Below are positions 48,714 to 63,232 of a stretch of 64,000 nt of DNA, piece by piece. The DNA is from Pseudovirgaria hyperparasitica. Its lineage: Eukaryota. The first letter of the stretch is position 1. The number at the start of each line of letters is the position of its first letter. A model generated the notes under the pieces. That model was not told the origin of the DNA. It did not search any database and saw only the letters and a program-made list of their open reading frames with translations. Made by a program: the position numbers and the translations under genes. The DNA lies in NCBI GenBank assembly GCA_010093815.1, contig ML996569.1; one strand, given 5' to 3'.

Positions 48714-51010
48714 AGGAAAGATGATTATATGTGGCGGCATTCTCTTTAAATGATAATATTTTAATCACGAAGCGTGGACAAGGCAAGCATTTAGGCTGTG
48801 GAAAGTGTTTAGCATTAAAGGCCTCGTTCCTAGGCGTTCGTAATCAGCCATGAATAACAATCGCACCCCGTCAACAGAGTATCCGTGATATTGGCTACGT
48901 ATCGTGGCCGTTGACGCTACCCACAGGATCTAAGATAGGTAGGTAGCATATGTTATGTCATCTGCGAATTTTCACCGCGCGACGTCACCAACATCATCAC
49001 AGTGTTTGCTTCGAGATCTGTTGTGTAAACACAGGCGTGACTGCAAATTTCCATCTATGATAGCCCTGTTTTGTCTCGCTGCCACGGTGTCATGACTATG
49101 ATGCATTGTAGCCGGGAAAACTAGGTCTGCAGTTTTCATAAATTCAGGCTGTACAAGGGGTTCGTGAAGAATTTTCAGACTTCTCAGGAACTTTGGTCTC
49201 GGAATGCCGGTACCAGCTCCAGGACTGCGCCACTGCGACATATTCTGTAGCGTATCCAGTGGGTGAGAGAAATCCTCAGCCAGGTGACAATTAACGCACA
49301 CGTGATGTACAGCACTTGTCGTGAGAGTGAAGTATTAGGTCATACGCAGAAGAACCTGCCAGGCAGGTAAGGCAAGAAGAAGTTTGCAAAGACAAGATAT
49401 TTGAACACACTGCAGGATGATATATCATGAACAGTGCGAGATATCTTGCTAATGCTTGACTCGACAAGACATTAGGAATGACTCCGACTGGACGCTGTAG
49501 GATGAATGTCACCACCTTCCAAGCCGCCGGGGTGTCACCGGTATTATTTATGCTTTTCGAATAAGAATTTGCAGCATGCTTTGGCGAGACCGAACAACAT
49601 ACAATGCAGGCGATGCCCTGTCGTCGAAAGTTTAACAGGGAATAAGTCAAAACCTGACTCTCGTAGAGAGGCGATTCGAATGTTCCGGTTGTCTGGACAA
49701 GCTCGTTGCTCAGTATTTGAAGCCAAATCCGAACGGCAATTCATGTCGGATATTATCATGGAGTAGGCGTGGTCGGACAGATATCACGATGTTGTGTGTA
49801 TTCTCCGCCGTGGTTGGAGGAGGTAATTACTGTGTACAGGCTGACGAAGGGATTCACACACGATGAGACCATTCCCGAGATGGCGATAGTTTCTGCGGCT
49901 ATCAAGCTCCGAGCACGATCGTATGCATTGGACAGCACACCGCTCTGGACTTTTCTTGCAGACATGGCCTGTAGAGTTCACTGGGTGGCATGACCGTCGT
50001 CGAGACGCAGCTGGGTCGATGCAGGCGGCAACTCTGTTCGTGAGCCTCTTGTCGCTATCATGATGACTGCACAAGTCTATGTTGAACTTGACAGCTGTCG
50101 CAAGCGTAGGAGAGGAGACATCTGTCATAATGGTAAGCAAAACGGTGGTGGTGGCATTACCTAGAAGAGGACCTGGATCACTCAGTGCCACCGCCCTTCT
50201 CCATCCGCGGCAAATATGAATCTCTACCGTCCACGATGGATGCGCGATGCACGATGCACGATGCATCATGCACCATGGATCATGCCACACCATGTTGGCC
50301 TCACTTTTTATCGCCTTCACCCACTGGTCTGCAGCATTTTGCTCGCTCTCACCGCTACGAGGAAGCACTTTGATGGGCTTCTGGGAGCCGTACAAAGACT
50401 CCGCTTCAGCCAGTAATAAGTCACTACGACTAAGCAGACTCCATGTTGAGCAACTTCAAGTATCCATGAGACAGCATCCGGATTACCCGAATAGAGGCGA
50501 CTGAAGTAGCATCTCACTAAGGCAGGCAACCAACCGGAAACGTGAGCTTGATTGACTTGACTGAATGAATCTTCCTGTCGCCGAGGAGACACGCATAGAT
50601 GGATAGATGCACAGATGCCAGGACGTCCTCTTGAGTTATCGACGAGGCGCTGGAAAGTTTTAATATATACACAGTGAATGTGTATTATCATCATTCACGA
50701 GCACCAAATTTAATTTCCCAGCAAAACGAGGATCCACAGTCTCCACATCTACTAACGTCCTAGCACAGGTACCATGCTGCTGGAAATGCTTATTTTGAAC
50801 TGGGGACAAAAAGCCTCCGTATAATTAATTACAGTAGCAATACTGTAGTCTGTAGGCTATTAGATGTCCATTATCCATGGAATATTTCATCATATTCGTC
50901 ACAATTTATCTGCTTTGCTGACCTCCTTCTTCCCTCGCCTTACCGCTTTCATCGTTGCCTTTCTTTCCACTTCAAAGGGGGGGAGCCGAGCCGAGAAAAC
51001 AATAACGTGG

Positions 51011-51118
51011 TATTATTATTATTACTATTATCATTATTATCATCATTATTATTCCATTGTCATCATCTTCATTATTATTAGTATTGTTGTTATTATCATC
51101 ATCTTCATCATCATCATC
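51011..51118. repeat. Compound (TAT/CAT)n microsatellite upstream of SOK1
   Basis: Direct inspection of imperfect trinucleotide repeats. Confidence 0.85.
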
Positions 51119-51869
51119 CTCCCGCCGAGGCCCTGCTCTGCATCCTTCGTCTTTCATATCACCTCAGCCCGCTCTTTCACAATTCTCTCAAGTCTCACTT
51201 CTGCGACACTGCAACGCCCGGACCGTAATACAGTCCACATCCTTCTTCTCACTGCTGCTACTGTGTCCGTTTGTCACTACAGTATAGCCTTTCCTCAATT
51301 CTCTCGATATCTTTCATCCAGCTGCAAACTGTCGCGACGTTGATCTCTTCCCGATTGCTTTTCACAGCGTCTTGCACTATTACTTGTCCCTCACATCACG
51401 TTCAAGTCGCATCCCTCGACTAATGCTTGCGACCAACCACCTGGTTCTGCTTGCAGAGTAACTATGCGCCTACTTGTATCGTCACTCAAATCGTTCCCCT
51501 GCCCGAACTATTCACATAGCGCATCTTCGCAATCCCTCTTCCCTCGACGGTCCGCGTGTTCTCGTCACAGTCACACCCCAGCGGGCATCACAACCCCCGC
51601 AAGTTTGCTTTCACCCGTCCACGACGGCCGCACCGCAGACGCTGGGTTATCGCTCGCCATTTCTGCGCGAACCACGTTTCTATCACTGCTGTGAATTTGC
51701 AAACTTGTGACCAGAGCTCGACTGGTGGTTTGGATTTGACGTGACTGATCGTGTGAACATAGAGCGCTTCCGCTGTTCAAGAAGGACCCGCACAGCCGCT
51801 CATTGCTTTCGCACTTTTATCACTTTCCCCACAGTTCTAAGAGTCAATACACAGACTATACAAAAAAAA

Positions 51870-54231
51870 ATGAACCAAAAAGCTCGGCAAAGATCGCCTC
51901 GAGGGAATTCAGTACATCGCGAGGCATCTGTTGAGCATTCTCCGCGCCGGCAATGTCGTGAGCCATCACCAGTGGGTTCGTCCTCGTCTCCTATGCGGCG
52001 AGATGGTCAATGTACGCGTCACCCAGTCACGAGGAAAGGCAGTGGCGGCAGATCGCGCAAGAAACAAGAACGAAGGAGACGCGCGAATTCTCCGCCAGAC
52101 AGGAATTCGATACAAGATGAGGGACGACTGCCATGGACCGACTATCTCTGTGGCGAGATGACGGATAATCAGGTGCTCGCCCAACTCGGCCGAATCATCG
52201 ACGAAGAAGGACCAAAGAGAACGAGCACGGATATAGGCGTAACGCTGGGCAGCTGCTTTGTCGCCGTAGGGGGACTTCACCCGCCCATCACAAAGAAGTC
52301 ACTCAGCGAACTCGATATCAACGCAATCATCGTCAACCCGAAATTACGCCACGATGTCAACTTTGATCGTGAACTTCACTTTCGACCAAATCTGGACGGG
52401 GACCGGGGAAAAGAGAAGATTCGCGAAGCGGAAAGGTACTGGCTGGCGTTGGAAGCAGAATTGGAGCTCTACAACATCCTTTTTCAGAGGGCTGTTATAG
52501 AACGAGAACCTATCTGGCTCCCGAGATGCACCAAAATGAGCATGCGACGGGTGCCAATCATGTTCGAAACCATCAGAGATATCTTGCAGAATCTGGTCCC
52601 GGAACGTGACCAGGCGAGAATAGAGGAGCAATTAGATCAACAGATGTTGATGCAGCAAATCGGAAAAGGCCTATGCGATCTGGTTAGTCTTTCACAATGG
52701 CTCTCGCATCTTCTGAAAGCTCATTGCGCACCAATGCGCGATGTTTGGGTGGATAAGATGGTTCAGCAGACGAAGAAAGGCGTCGAGGAAGGAAGCGCAA
52801 AGTGTATTGTGGATGGGTTGAGGGAGCTGCTTGGCATACTGGAGGCAATGAAGCTGGTAAGCCTGCATGTGACATCCAAACTGTCGATACCTGTTTGACT
52901 GACCGTATTTGCAGGACGTAGCTAATCACCAGATTCGCCATCTTCGAGCTTTACTGATAGATGACACGGTGAATTTTGAAAGAAAGTATCAGGTAAATCG
53001 AATCCCGATTCCAAAGAAAATCAATGCTGCTGAATGTCGAGCTTGGTATGCGCGTGCACAAAAAGGACATCAGTACGGCTTACCCCCTTCGGCGACATTA
53101 TACCCGCGTGCTCCTAGATTGGCGACATCACAACCACATTTCGTTGCCTTTTACCGTGCTCTCTTGCACCATCTCCTAGTCGAGTGTCCAGCATCACGTC
53201 CAGACTCATTCTATTTAGATACAGAACGCCTTCGTATCATCCAGTCAGAGTTACACAATCAGGTGTATTTTGACCTTTGCTGCGCGGTGTTTCAGGTTAT
53301 CATCGATGACATTGTCAAATGTTGCTTAAATTCACAGCCTGTGGTCCAGCATTTGAGTCTCTCTGCATTGAGGACTGCACTTCTCACCATAATATCTGGG
53401 GTAGGAGAGGCCACGAAACAATGGCAGAAGAATATTCCTAACCTCGCTGTCGAAATCGTACGACATGCGCTTGCGGCATGTGGCTTTACGAAGCAGTACG
53501 ACGCCGGGTTGGTTACCATTGCAGAACAGCTGCTTACTGAGAAGTTTGGATCTCACTTCCCAAACTATTTTGAACTCCAAGCCCTGAAGTTGATGGGCGA
53601 TTTCTTTCCCGTTTGCCTGGAGATTGCCGAACGACACATCAGCGCCAGCCCAATCGACCTCTTCAACGCTCTCATAGCACCATCATCCTTGCCATTGATG
53701 GTAGTGCCACCACCTCCACCGCCGCCGGTCGTGTCATCGAAACATGCCCTCCAACACTCTGCTAAGGCAGCTTCTCATGCTTCGAGTCAACGAAATTTAC
53801 CTCTATCGTTATTGCCGTCTCCTGTGCAGCCTTCGACAGCTCCACCTCATCTGATCGATATTGCACGCAGGTTGACCCACATTGCCATCTTGCACTGGCA
53901 AGTTTGGGCACCAATCCTTTATCTCAAGATTGATGAGCCTGAGCTTCCAAGTCTGTCGTCCAACAATGCGTCCAGCACAACTTCCAGCTGTGCCTCAACA
54001 CCCATCAGCTCACAGGCCACGCACACATTCCCATTGGCAGTCCGCACGCGTAGCGCAACTGTAGATGCCCACACCCTACAAGCCCCAGCAAGTGCCTCCG
54101 CGTCAGACGTTGACAGTAGCAAGCCGCTCCGCACACCCGGGGTTACCACCGATGCTGCAAACATGGCTTCGGGTCCAGGAGAGCCCGGAGAAAACGCACA
54201 TCACACACATCAGCAACTACTCCCAGAATGA
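51870..54231 (+). CDS. sok1: T-complex protein 11 family / cAMP-signalling protein Sok1
   Basis: HPPITKKSLSELD...NPKLRHDVNFDRELHFRPNLDGDRG, LLKAHCAPMRD, ILEAMKL|DVANHQIR, ARRLTHIAILHWQVWAPILY; intron 52857-52914. Confidence 0.92.
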
Positions 54232-55112
54232 CCAGCTTCTCGAACCTCGACATCATTCCCGGTCGCGGTTTCCTTGTACATAGATCCAAGATCGACACCA
54301 CAACGAATTTCCTTTGTCGTGCATAGCGTAGATACCTCATTTTCATTTACTGCATTCTGTTTCGGTATCTCATCATTTCATACTATTTCTGTTCCACAAC
54401 ATCTTTCCAGGGGTTTCTCTCATACGACATCTGTAAATCACGCATGTTTTACCAGTCGGCTTTACACACTAGATTGGCGTTTGGGTCCTGGCTCGTCCCG
54501 GCTGCATAGTCGTAGGTGTACAGCTTACACCATTGTAATACCCCTGTTCTCATTTTCTGTTCCCTCTCTTTCAGCTATTCAAAATTGCATTTTAGCGCGC
54601 GGATGTGATTGATGGGTTAGAGCCTAGGGCGGCGGACAGCGTTTGCTGTAACGATTAGTTTGTTTGCTTTGTGCAACGCTCAATTCGCGGGGGAATAATA
54701 GTCCAGATTGCTGTTGCGCATGAATTGAGTTGTCTGTGGGAAGTGCTTGTTGGGCTTGTGGGAGGAAGATGTATGGCACAATTATACAGTCATGAGTTGC
54801 GTACAAGGCGGAGTGCATTGGTTATTTGTCTGCCGCTGGACCATAGGGCTCGGACACAGCCAGCCAGTAATATATTAAATATATCGTCCCAACAAGTCAT
54901 GCCGTGAGGATGTGAGGGAGCTTTCCAGGGCACGAACACCAGGATCACTAACGTTGGCCTGCATGATCGCTGGACCCCGGCCAGTAGTAGGATCGGGCAA
55001 ACTGGAAGAGACTGTCTGTGATTTGGGCCGTATAAATGATGGTTTGGTCTAGGCTAAGTTGTAGTGCTGAGGGGGAGGCGAAGTGTATTTTTTTGCTTCT
55101 TAGCAACATCGT

Positions 55113-55139
55113 CATCATCATCATCATCATCATCATCAT
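55113..55139. repeat. (CAT)9 microsatellite
   Basis: Direct inspection. Confidence 0.9.
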
Positions 55140-55968
55140 TATAGCTTCTGTTTCTTGCAATGAACGTGCCCGAAGACAACTCGGCATGATGTACTCGAGA
55201 GCCACGTAAGGTTTTGTGTCTGGATCTTTGGTCAAGCACTGCTGGGAGATAGCCTTCCCGGAACTTCGACGTCTAAGAGTGTAGTAGGTATATGTACTGT
55301 GAATGCCTCAGTCCTAGATTGTCTTCCGGGCCCTTAATTAGCCACAGCCCCGCCAACAGCTGTCACTGTGCACGCTGCCCACTGCTTACCCCTCACCGCG
55401 CCTACCCAATCCGCTGTGTGTCCCAAACATTGCACTTGCATTCCGAGGACTTTTTGGTTTTGACCTTCTTTCTCTTCTTCAGCTAGGTACTCTCACTCAA
55501 CATACACTTACATTGTACGTCAAAGATAGCTTAGGAGCCCGATCTTCGACGATTGAAATCTCGCTTGCCGCCATCATCTTGCCTCAGGCCCGAACATTCA
55601 CAAGTACGCCCAAGTGCCCAGCAGGCGAGCCCGGGGTGCTAGGACCTATCCGTACCCTAGCGAACAACGACAACAAGCCAAAAGACTTTGGGCAGCAAGA
55701 GCAGAAGACGCATCGACCGAAGCACGAACAAAGCAGTTCACGGAATCTTACGCATATATATACGCAGCCCGATACCGCGACCTTGACACTCCGCTATACC
55801 CTCGACCGCTCCTCGAAAACCTCCGTATATTTGGGTCGTGACAAGACTCTTTTACTCACAGTGTCCTGTAGAGACGTTCTTTGACTGTCTAACAAGACTG
55901 CCCATTAACACGATAATACGCATACATTCGAGAAGGGTTCTAGCAAGAGCGCGAAGAAGAAGCACACC

Positions 55969-56691
55969 ATGAATCCGCATCAGCAGAACAAGGTGGATAT
56001 CAGCGTACGTTGACTCTATCTACTTCACTTCCTCGCAGAAGAATTCTGTACTTCTATGTCGAAACGGCGAAGTAATGCTTTGTGTACATTAACTGCTGAT
56101 CCTCGAGGATTGGAGCCCGGTGATGTTTTAGAGTTGTAGTAGCATACTGGCTCGAGTCAAGCTAACAACCTGCAGAGCCTATCTCCCGATGAGCAGCGCC
56201 TGTTCCGTCTATATGGCAAGTTGCCAAACAAGAAAGACTTGCTCCAGAACAAGCTCAAGGTCCGTTACTAACTCAGTCTCTCTCACCCCTCCTTCAAGAC
56301 CTTCTTTCCCCTCAATTCCAACCTCCCATTCCTCCATATCCAACTAAACTCTTACCAGGAGCGCAAATACTTCGACTCTGGCGATTATGCCCTCTCCAAA
56401 GCCGGTAAAGCCTCTGACATCGGCGTCACTCAGATTGGCCGCGAGCACCCGGTGCCCGAGAACATCCCGCATTCGTCCTCACCACACAACGGCCCTGGCA
56501 GCGGCGCCCAGGGGAGCATCAGTGGCATAAACCTGCCTGCACCTGCACCTGGCAGTACGCCTGGACAAAGCGGGAGTCCGGTGAAGGAGGGCAGTTTCTT
56601 GCATCGCGAGACAAGCCTGAATAGGGAGACGAGTGTGGATGATGACGACGAGGCGAATGAAGATGAGGAGAAGAAGGAGGACGAGAAATAG
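55969..56691 (+). CDS. igo1: Endosulfine / cAMP-regulated phosphoprotein (Igo1)
   Basis: Exons 55969-56004, 56176-56259 and 56359-56691: MNPHQQNKVDIS|SLSPDEQRLFRLYGKLP...LK|ERKYFDSGDYALSKAG. Confidence 0.94.
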
Positions 56692-57478
56692 ATGATGACA
56701 GGACGCAGAAGGAGACGGACAGACTGAGCTGCATACCAGCCGAATAGATGCATAAGACGAGAGTGCATGCTGGGTGAAGTTATTGCGGACAAGTTATACG
56801 ATGCTTTTACTAGTGCCTTTCGGACAGGAAAGAAGGAGGGCTGTACCGACGAGAACACCTGGGCGTTCGAGGAGTTTCAAGCACAAAGGTAAACAGGATC
56901 TAGCCGTCTGATCATCCACGATTCATTCATCGAAGAAGTCCTTTGATATATCTTTCGAGAATATGTATTTTATGTCTTGATATGAATCTCTCCGTAACTA
57001 TGCTCGTCACCCGGGCGAGAGCGCAATGTGACACGCACGGTAACATTGACCACGATGTTCAGAGCGATGTTGATAAGCCCGTTAATGAATGACTTCAATT
57101 CCAATATTGTTGAGATGTCGATACGATTATTGAGATCTATGTCTAATGTCAATGTTTCATCGCTGTCTTGCCTCATCACCGACAGGTCCCGGTTCCCAGG
57201 CCGCGCAGAGAGCCTGCGCATTCTTTGTGTCAAATTCTGACATAATTTAGTCGTAACACTTCCGCTATCAAAACCTGTTGCGCCAGTGTCTCTCGCTGCT
57301 CGAACAGGGCCTTTGTCCAGATATGTGCTGTTCTGCACATCAGGCTAGTTTCCTGCAGCATTGACGCTACTTCAGATTCCGCAAAACAGTTGGAATCCAG
57401 GGAATCTGAGCAGGTTCATCTGCACAGATATGCCTAGATCTCCTTTGGAACGATCCCGAGACGCGCTTTCGGACCCCG

Positions 57479-58602
57479 TCACGCTTCGATGGCTTTGACC
57501 GCCATCGCCAACGCACCCTCCTTCGTCTTGTTGCCGCCGATGAAACCTGCTGCGTGTACGAACACACAGCCTGGAATACCAGACGCGGTGCTCAGTTCAT
57601 CGTCGCGGACACCCTTCCATGCATCGGGCAGGTCTTTCCTGTTCTCGAAGGCACCGTTCTCCACGGAGACGGAGCGAATCCGCCATTTGCTATCGGGCTC
57701 GTCATTCTCGGGGAAGAGAACGTACAAAACCTTCGGCTCGGATGGATTTTCGGCTTCGAAGTTGTAGAGGTGGGAGGACCAAGGCGTCGAGGATTGGGGC
57801 AGAACCATGATCTGCTTAGAAGGGTGGATGGAGCCGCGCTCGTGGTAGACTTTGCTAACGACGGCGCGGGCAGGCAGCCAGTCCTCGTGAGCACCTGTAA
57901 GCAGCAACATGAACTGCTCGCCCACGAAGGAGGAGGCGCGGGCAAAATTGGTGTCCTCGACGGCTTGTTTCATTTCTTGAGTGGGAGCTGGGTCTTTTGG
58001 GAGCTTTGTGGCATAATTATAGCGATTGACGACGGACGCGAGGGTAAAGGACCTGTCCTCGAAGCGCTTGGTGATGTTTGCGGACTTGATGGCAGCCGGG
58101 TCATAAGCGGATATGCCGTTGTCATTGGCGTCAAAGGCTTCCACGAAGTCGGTGTAAATTTTTTCATACAAAATCGAGACCTCCTCGCCGTCTTTAGGGA
58201 GACCGGTACAGGTTGCGATTATGTCCTTGCCGTAGTGAAGATATACGAGTCCGGCGGAGGAGAGCTTCGTGCTGTGCCCGGGAAAGATTGCGTCAAAGCC
58301 ACGTTGGTGGTGGTCATATCGATTGTTCTCGGTGCTATACTCGCCTCCAACGTCGAGGACAGTATGGCAAGTTTCTAGAAGGGCAGGGTCGCGAGTGCGG
58401 ATGAGAGGAGACGAGGCATAGGTTGGCAGAAGGCGAAGAAGATAGACTGCAAGGGCCTCGTCGGCGTGGAAATGGCCGCTGAGATCGCATGTGAGCTTCA
58501 AGAACAGCGGCGTAGATTCGAAACCAGTGACATTACTTACTTGTGGGTACCAATCAATGGACCGTCCATCTTGACTCTCTTTGCTGAAGTATCAGTGGCC
58601 AT
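57479..58602 (-). CDS. myg1: MYG1 family exonuclease/metal-dependent hydrolase
   Basis: LIGTHN|GHFHADEALA, IRTRDP, DVGGEY...RYDHHQR, KLSSAGLVY, VFVHAAGFIGG; intron 58479-58540. Confidence 0.95.
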
Positions 58603-59613
58603 GGGGAAAATTCTGGAGAAAAATGCTACGGGCTGACAGAAACTAGATCGAACCAAGTGAGGATTGAACCTCGAAGATGATAATGGGTCGATGGACTGAG
58701 CAAACACGACTCTTCTTTTTAATTTACACGCAATTCGCGCAGAGGTAAACATATGCAGCGCACAAATGCGCAAAGTGAATTGCGGATCCCCACAATAAAC
58801 AACGTGAGAGAATTCTGCGGTATGCCTCCACCCCGCCCGCCGGAGTTAGCGCCGATATCTCTTGGCGGCCACAATCGATGTCGACGGGTCAGATTACCAG
58901 TTACCTCTGTCCAAGTGATCTCTGTACCAAAGTTCGGCTTCCATGATTTATTGTGTCATTCCGCAACTTCACATAAGCTTGTCTCTCTAATCTTACTCAT
59001 TTCTTTCATCCTGGCTACAGAAGTCTTCCAACAGTAGCTCGATCTCCATCTTCTCTTGAGCAATCTACAGAGTGGAGCCGCTCGATTTACACTATCCTGG
59101 GCTAAGCACGCGACAGCGGACGACCAATGGAGATTGTCTGTGCCTGAACGAAGACACTTGTTGAAAACGACATCCACCATTATCCACTGCGTGCAGAAAC
59201 AGCAATAAGCTGTTCACCGCCTCGACCACGTACCATCGAGTGGCTTTCTTATCTGGCTTCTCTGCAGACTGAGACTTCTTTCTCGGATAGCCCTTCCAAC
59301 AACTGCACACCGGTTTCGAGACAAGAATTATTTTCATCGCTTCCAGGTTCGCAGCACGTGAAAGGGACAGAGTGGCTTGAAGCTGAACACGCGCCGCGCG
59401 GGCTCCATCACACCTGCCTGTACTCAGCACAGACATCACGCGTCGACTTCTGACAGACACCACTGACAGCCTCACACTTCTCTCTGGACTGTCCCTCGAC
59501 TTTCGAAGCGCGCATATTGCGCGTTCCTGGCGCGCAGGAGACCTGACGACGCTGCCCCCAAACTTCCCAAATTGCGTCGCCAGCACTTCGCGTGCTAGGC
59601 CACGACCGCGTCC

Positions 59614-60973
59614 ATGTGGCTTACCAGAGCTATCTCTTCCATTTCTTTCCTTTCGACAATCGTGTTCACGATACCTCTGGCCTTCGATGTCGGCGGGAGA
59701 ACGTGTGGCCTGGCGTTCTCGCTGTCCCTGGCATACTTTTACCTCTTCTTCTCGATCCTAAAGCTCTCGACACCGGATACCTCGCGATTCCGCTATGCCT
59801 TGGTCCAGCTTGTAGCTTTCTTTCAATGGCTCATCATTCCTACGCTGATGATATGGTGCCTAAACAAATTCTCGGTCGACGGAGATGGAAGTAACTGGGT
59901 AGAAAAGACATTTGGCGGGAAAAGAGCTGAACCAAGTGGAATATACGAATGGATATTCGGCAGAGGAGGCTTCCTGGAGAACTCGTTCATTGGCAGTTGG
60001 GACAAAGTTCTGCGATGGTCTACGCCAGTTTTCCAGATTGCGGAAGGATTCTGTACAGTGCTTGTCATCCAAGCTTGTGGACAGATCACAAGATGGCTTG
60101 TCAATAGAGAACGCGGTGATACTTGGATGGTACATCAACTCTGATTATCGACACTCTTTACCAGTACTGACTTCTTCTCTGCAGATTGGACTCCTTGTTT
60201 TTTCCGCTTCTGTCATTTCCAGCTCTGTATACTTCCTCTGGAGGATCACCAAGTTCCCTGAAATTAGCAACGTCGACGCCATTCTCATTGGTGCGGCAGT
60301 TACATGTGCTATCTTCTTATGCTCCTGGGGTATCGGGAGCGGTCGCGGAAATCCTGTGGAAAGCTCGCTACTTTTCGCGTACGTCGTGCTCTGTATCTAC
60401 CAGATCTTCACCGACTACATGCCCTCGGAAGCAAACCAGGAGCAATCCTCGCAGCCGGCACAACCCGCGCTACCTCCTCTACCACCGATAATCATGGCTT
60501 CGTACACGACCTTGATTCAGGCCTTTTCCACACTACCATCCACGATGCACCTGGCTTTCAATTTCGTTGTGGCTGCTACCATGACGATCACCCCATCTGT
60601 CATCATCTCTCTGGCATACAGAGTGTTCGTTTTATACTCGGCTGTAAGAATCATACCAGTCATCCGAGAATCTGGAGCGCGCGCTTTATCAGAAGAGCCA
60701 TCATTGGATGACAGCGATGATGTTGCCCGTATTCTTGGGTTTGCCAGCTACTTCAGTCCAAGCATTCTCATCTCGGTCTACACCAGTCTTCTCATGCAAC
60801 ATTTTGCATCTTCCAGTAACGAATTCGGTGCCCAAGATTGGTGGACGAGTCAGGCCGGTGATACAGGGGGTAATCTATGGCGATGGATCAACCTAGCTGC
60901 AACGATGACTTGGTACGCCATCGAGCTCTACATATCGAAAGAGGATGCTACGCACCACTGGAAATCCGACTGA
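59614..60973 (+). CDS. ICE2: ER membrane protein Ice2
   Basis: TIPLAFDVGGRTCGLAFSLSL, STPVFQIAEGFCTVLVIQACGQ, GIGSGRGNPVESSLLFAY, FSPSILISVYTSLLMQH; intron 60130-60184. Confidence 0.93.
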
Positions 60974-63232
60974 ATGGCTTTGTAACCCTCATTTCGGATC
61001 TTGTTTACTGCTTTTGGGGCCGAATGCCTGATAAAGCCCTACTGAAGACGCTTGCAAGATTATAGCAATGCTCGCCATCAGGCATAAATCTGCTTGTCGA
61101 AATTGATCAGGACCCACCACCGGCTTCTATAATTAAGAGTTGGAACGCCCTCCATGTTATGCTGCTATGCACCATATCATACCATACAAATCTGTACATC
61201 TACACAAGAACGGTAGATCATACATATCAGACCACCTCATCATCAGCGCACCTTTGCATACTTCCTTAGGGTTCACGCTACCGGCTTTAGCCACATGTTT
61301 TGATACGATACCCCGATTCATATCTGTTCGATAGACTGCAGCGCAGTGCTTTGTACGGCGCTTTACTGGAAGCTACCAGATACTGGTAGCACTCAAACCA
61401 TTTTGTACATAGTCTTCAGGTCGAACCATGCATAAATACACCAATTCCAACTCCAGCCTTCGGGCATTACTGATGTATAAGCCCAATCACTGCAGACGCA
61501 TCGAAATGGAATAGCTAATTAACAGTCCAAGGGTCACATACACATATGTCTTGTTTTTGTTTATAATGCTTCAAAGCCATAACTTTCCATGTGTCCTCAG
61601 AAAAAGAGAGGACTGCCATATAATTTGATATGATATCTGCGATCTCGATCGATAGATGCCACTCGGATATCGTCCCATGCATTATGCACTGATCGTGCCT
61701 CGCCCGTCGCATAGTCTTGTCCCATATCCTTGAAAGGATTTGCGGGAAAGTCTATATAAATATGGTACCTGGGGTATGAATTCGAAATGGGGACCTCTAT
61801 CATAGCCATTCGATTAGTGCTTATCAACACGCAGAATTGTAATGTAGGAATATTCTAAACCTAGATCAGTATATAATTCTAGGCTGTTCGTATATAAGCT
61901 GCCATGACTACCCGCAGTCCCCCCGTTCTACAAACTTAGTATCTACATTGCTTAACAGCTCCCTTACACGATTCTTCCACCATACGCTCCGATATGGACG
62001 ACCAAATCCATTATCCTTAGGGTTATGGACCCCAGGATATTGTCGGCTAGGGTACCACAGGCTTAGTGTGCTTTGACAGCGCCTCTCAGACAGTATCGTC
62101 AAGACTCCTCACGATAGTAACAACCACTGTAGGGTTCAGGTGAAATAGGACGATATACGAGCATTTCGCGCAGCGAGGCGGATATAGCTTGCTCCTACGA
62201 TATCACGGTCCGTACAATTCAGGCATACGCCTCGAACTTGCTCCAAAGTAGAACCTCTCAACATTCCATAGCAACCACCTTGAGATCGAATGGAACCAGG
62301 ACGCCGTTGGGCGCGTCAGATCAGACATGCACTCTACTTGTCCAGGCTTCTGAAGATACAGCTTAGCATTGTTGTGATCATTCGTCACTGGTATATTCCG
62401 AGAGATTCACAGAACGATTTACATCTGATCAGCACAAGGTAGAAGAAGTATGGCGAAGATTGCCGAGGAAGTAAGCCACCATACAGCTTTCAACTCGCTT
62501 CAATTCATATCAGAGTATTCTTCCCTGTGCGTCCCCACGGAACATGAATTTTTGGTCTTTCTCGCGTGAAGAGATGCTTGACATGATAAGAACCTTTAAG
62601 GCGCTCGAGCGGATGGAGATATTGCAAGTCTCTGCGCCTGGTGAGTGGTTTGTGTGGGGAGTTGTTCCTGATAAGTGTGTAGTTACAGCATTCATAGGAC
62701 TGCACTCTGAAGCTATCGCGACTGTAACAAATGAGCTGGCGCGGTACGGATAGAATTACGAGTGGACACTACTGATAATGTTGACCTACCTTCTGCCGTC
62801 ACTGGTGCTGCTTGTCCGGATGGTTCGAAGGATATCTACGCAGTAGTCGACCCAGAAAGGCGATTTAGCATTCAATGCTCTCTTCGTTAGTCACCCGCGA
62901 CATAATGCGAAATTGAGAATGTATAGTGAGTGCTGTCCAATGGGTCCGTCCCGCCATATCTCCTATATTCGAGTCGGTTATGTGCATTTCATTGTGTTGC
63001 TAGCAACTGCTTTGAGCCTATTTGTAACAGTCTTGTCACTCCTCTATAGACCGAGTGTCAAGAGATGATAATGCCTCTATGGCTGTTCAAATCCAAGTCC
63101 TGCCGCCCTTAATCTTGGTGTGTATAGATATACCTAGTATATCATCTAGCGAACGCATATGCCCGTCCAAAACGCCACGCTTACAATATGACAACAAACA
63201 AGCGGAGATACCGTTGTAAGCCATTGACGGAC

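Noticed and set aside
50864..51343. 159-aa hydrophobic ORF with poly-Tyr/Ile
   Set aside because: Translation of the TAT/CAT microsatellite in the SOK1 upstream region, not a credible protein.
62017..62025. TAACCCTAA on the minus strand as a telomerase RNA template
   Set aside because: A 9-mer is expected roughly 0.5 times by chance in 128 kb of both strands. No pseudoknot or CR4/5-like context was seen, and a long transcript would run into ICE2.
61900..62753. Short ORFs between ICE2 and the NCBP3-like gene
   Set aside because: No coherent exon chain or recognisable motif; at most an unidentifiable relic.
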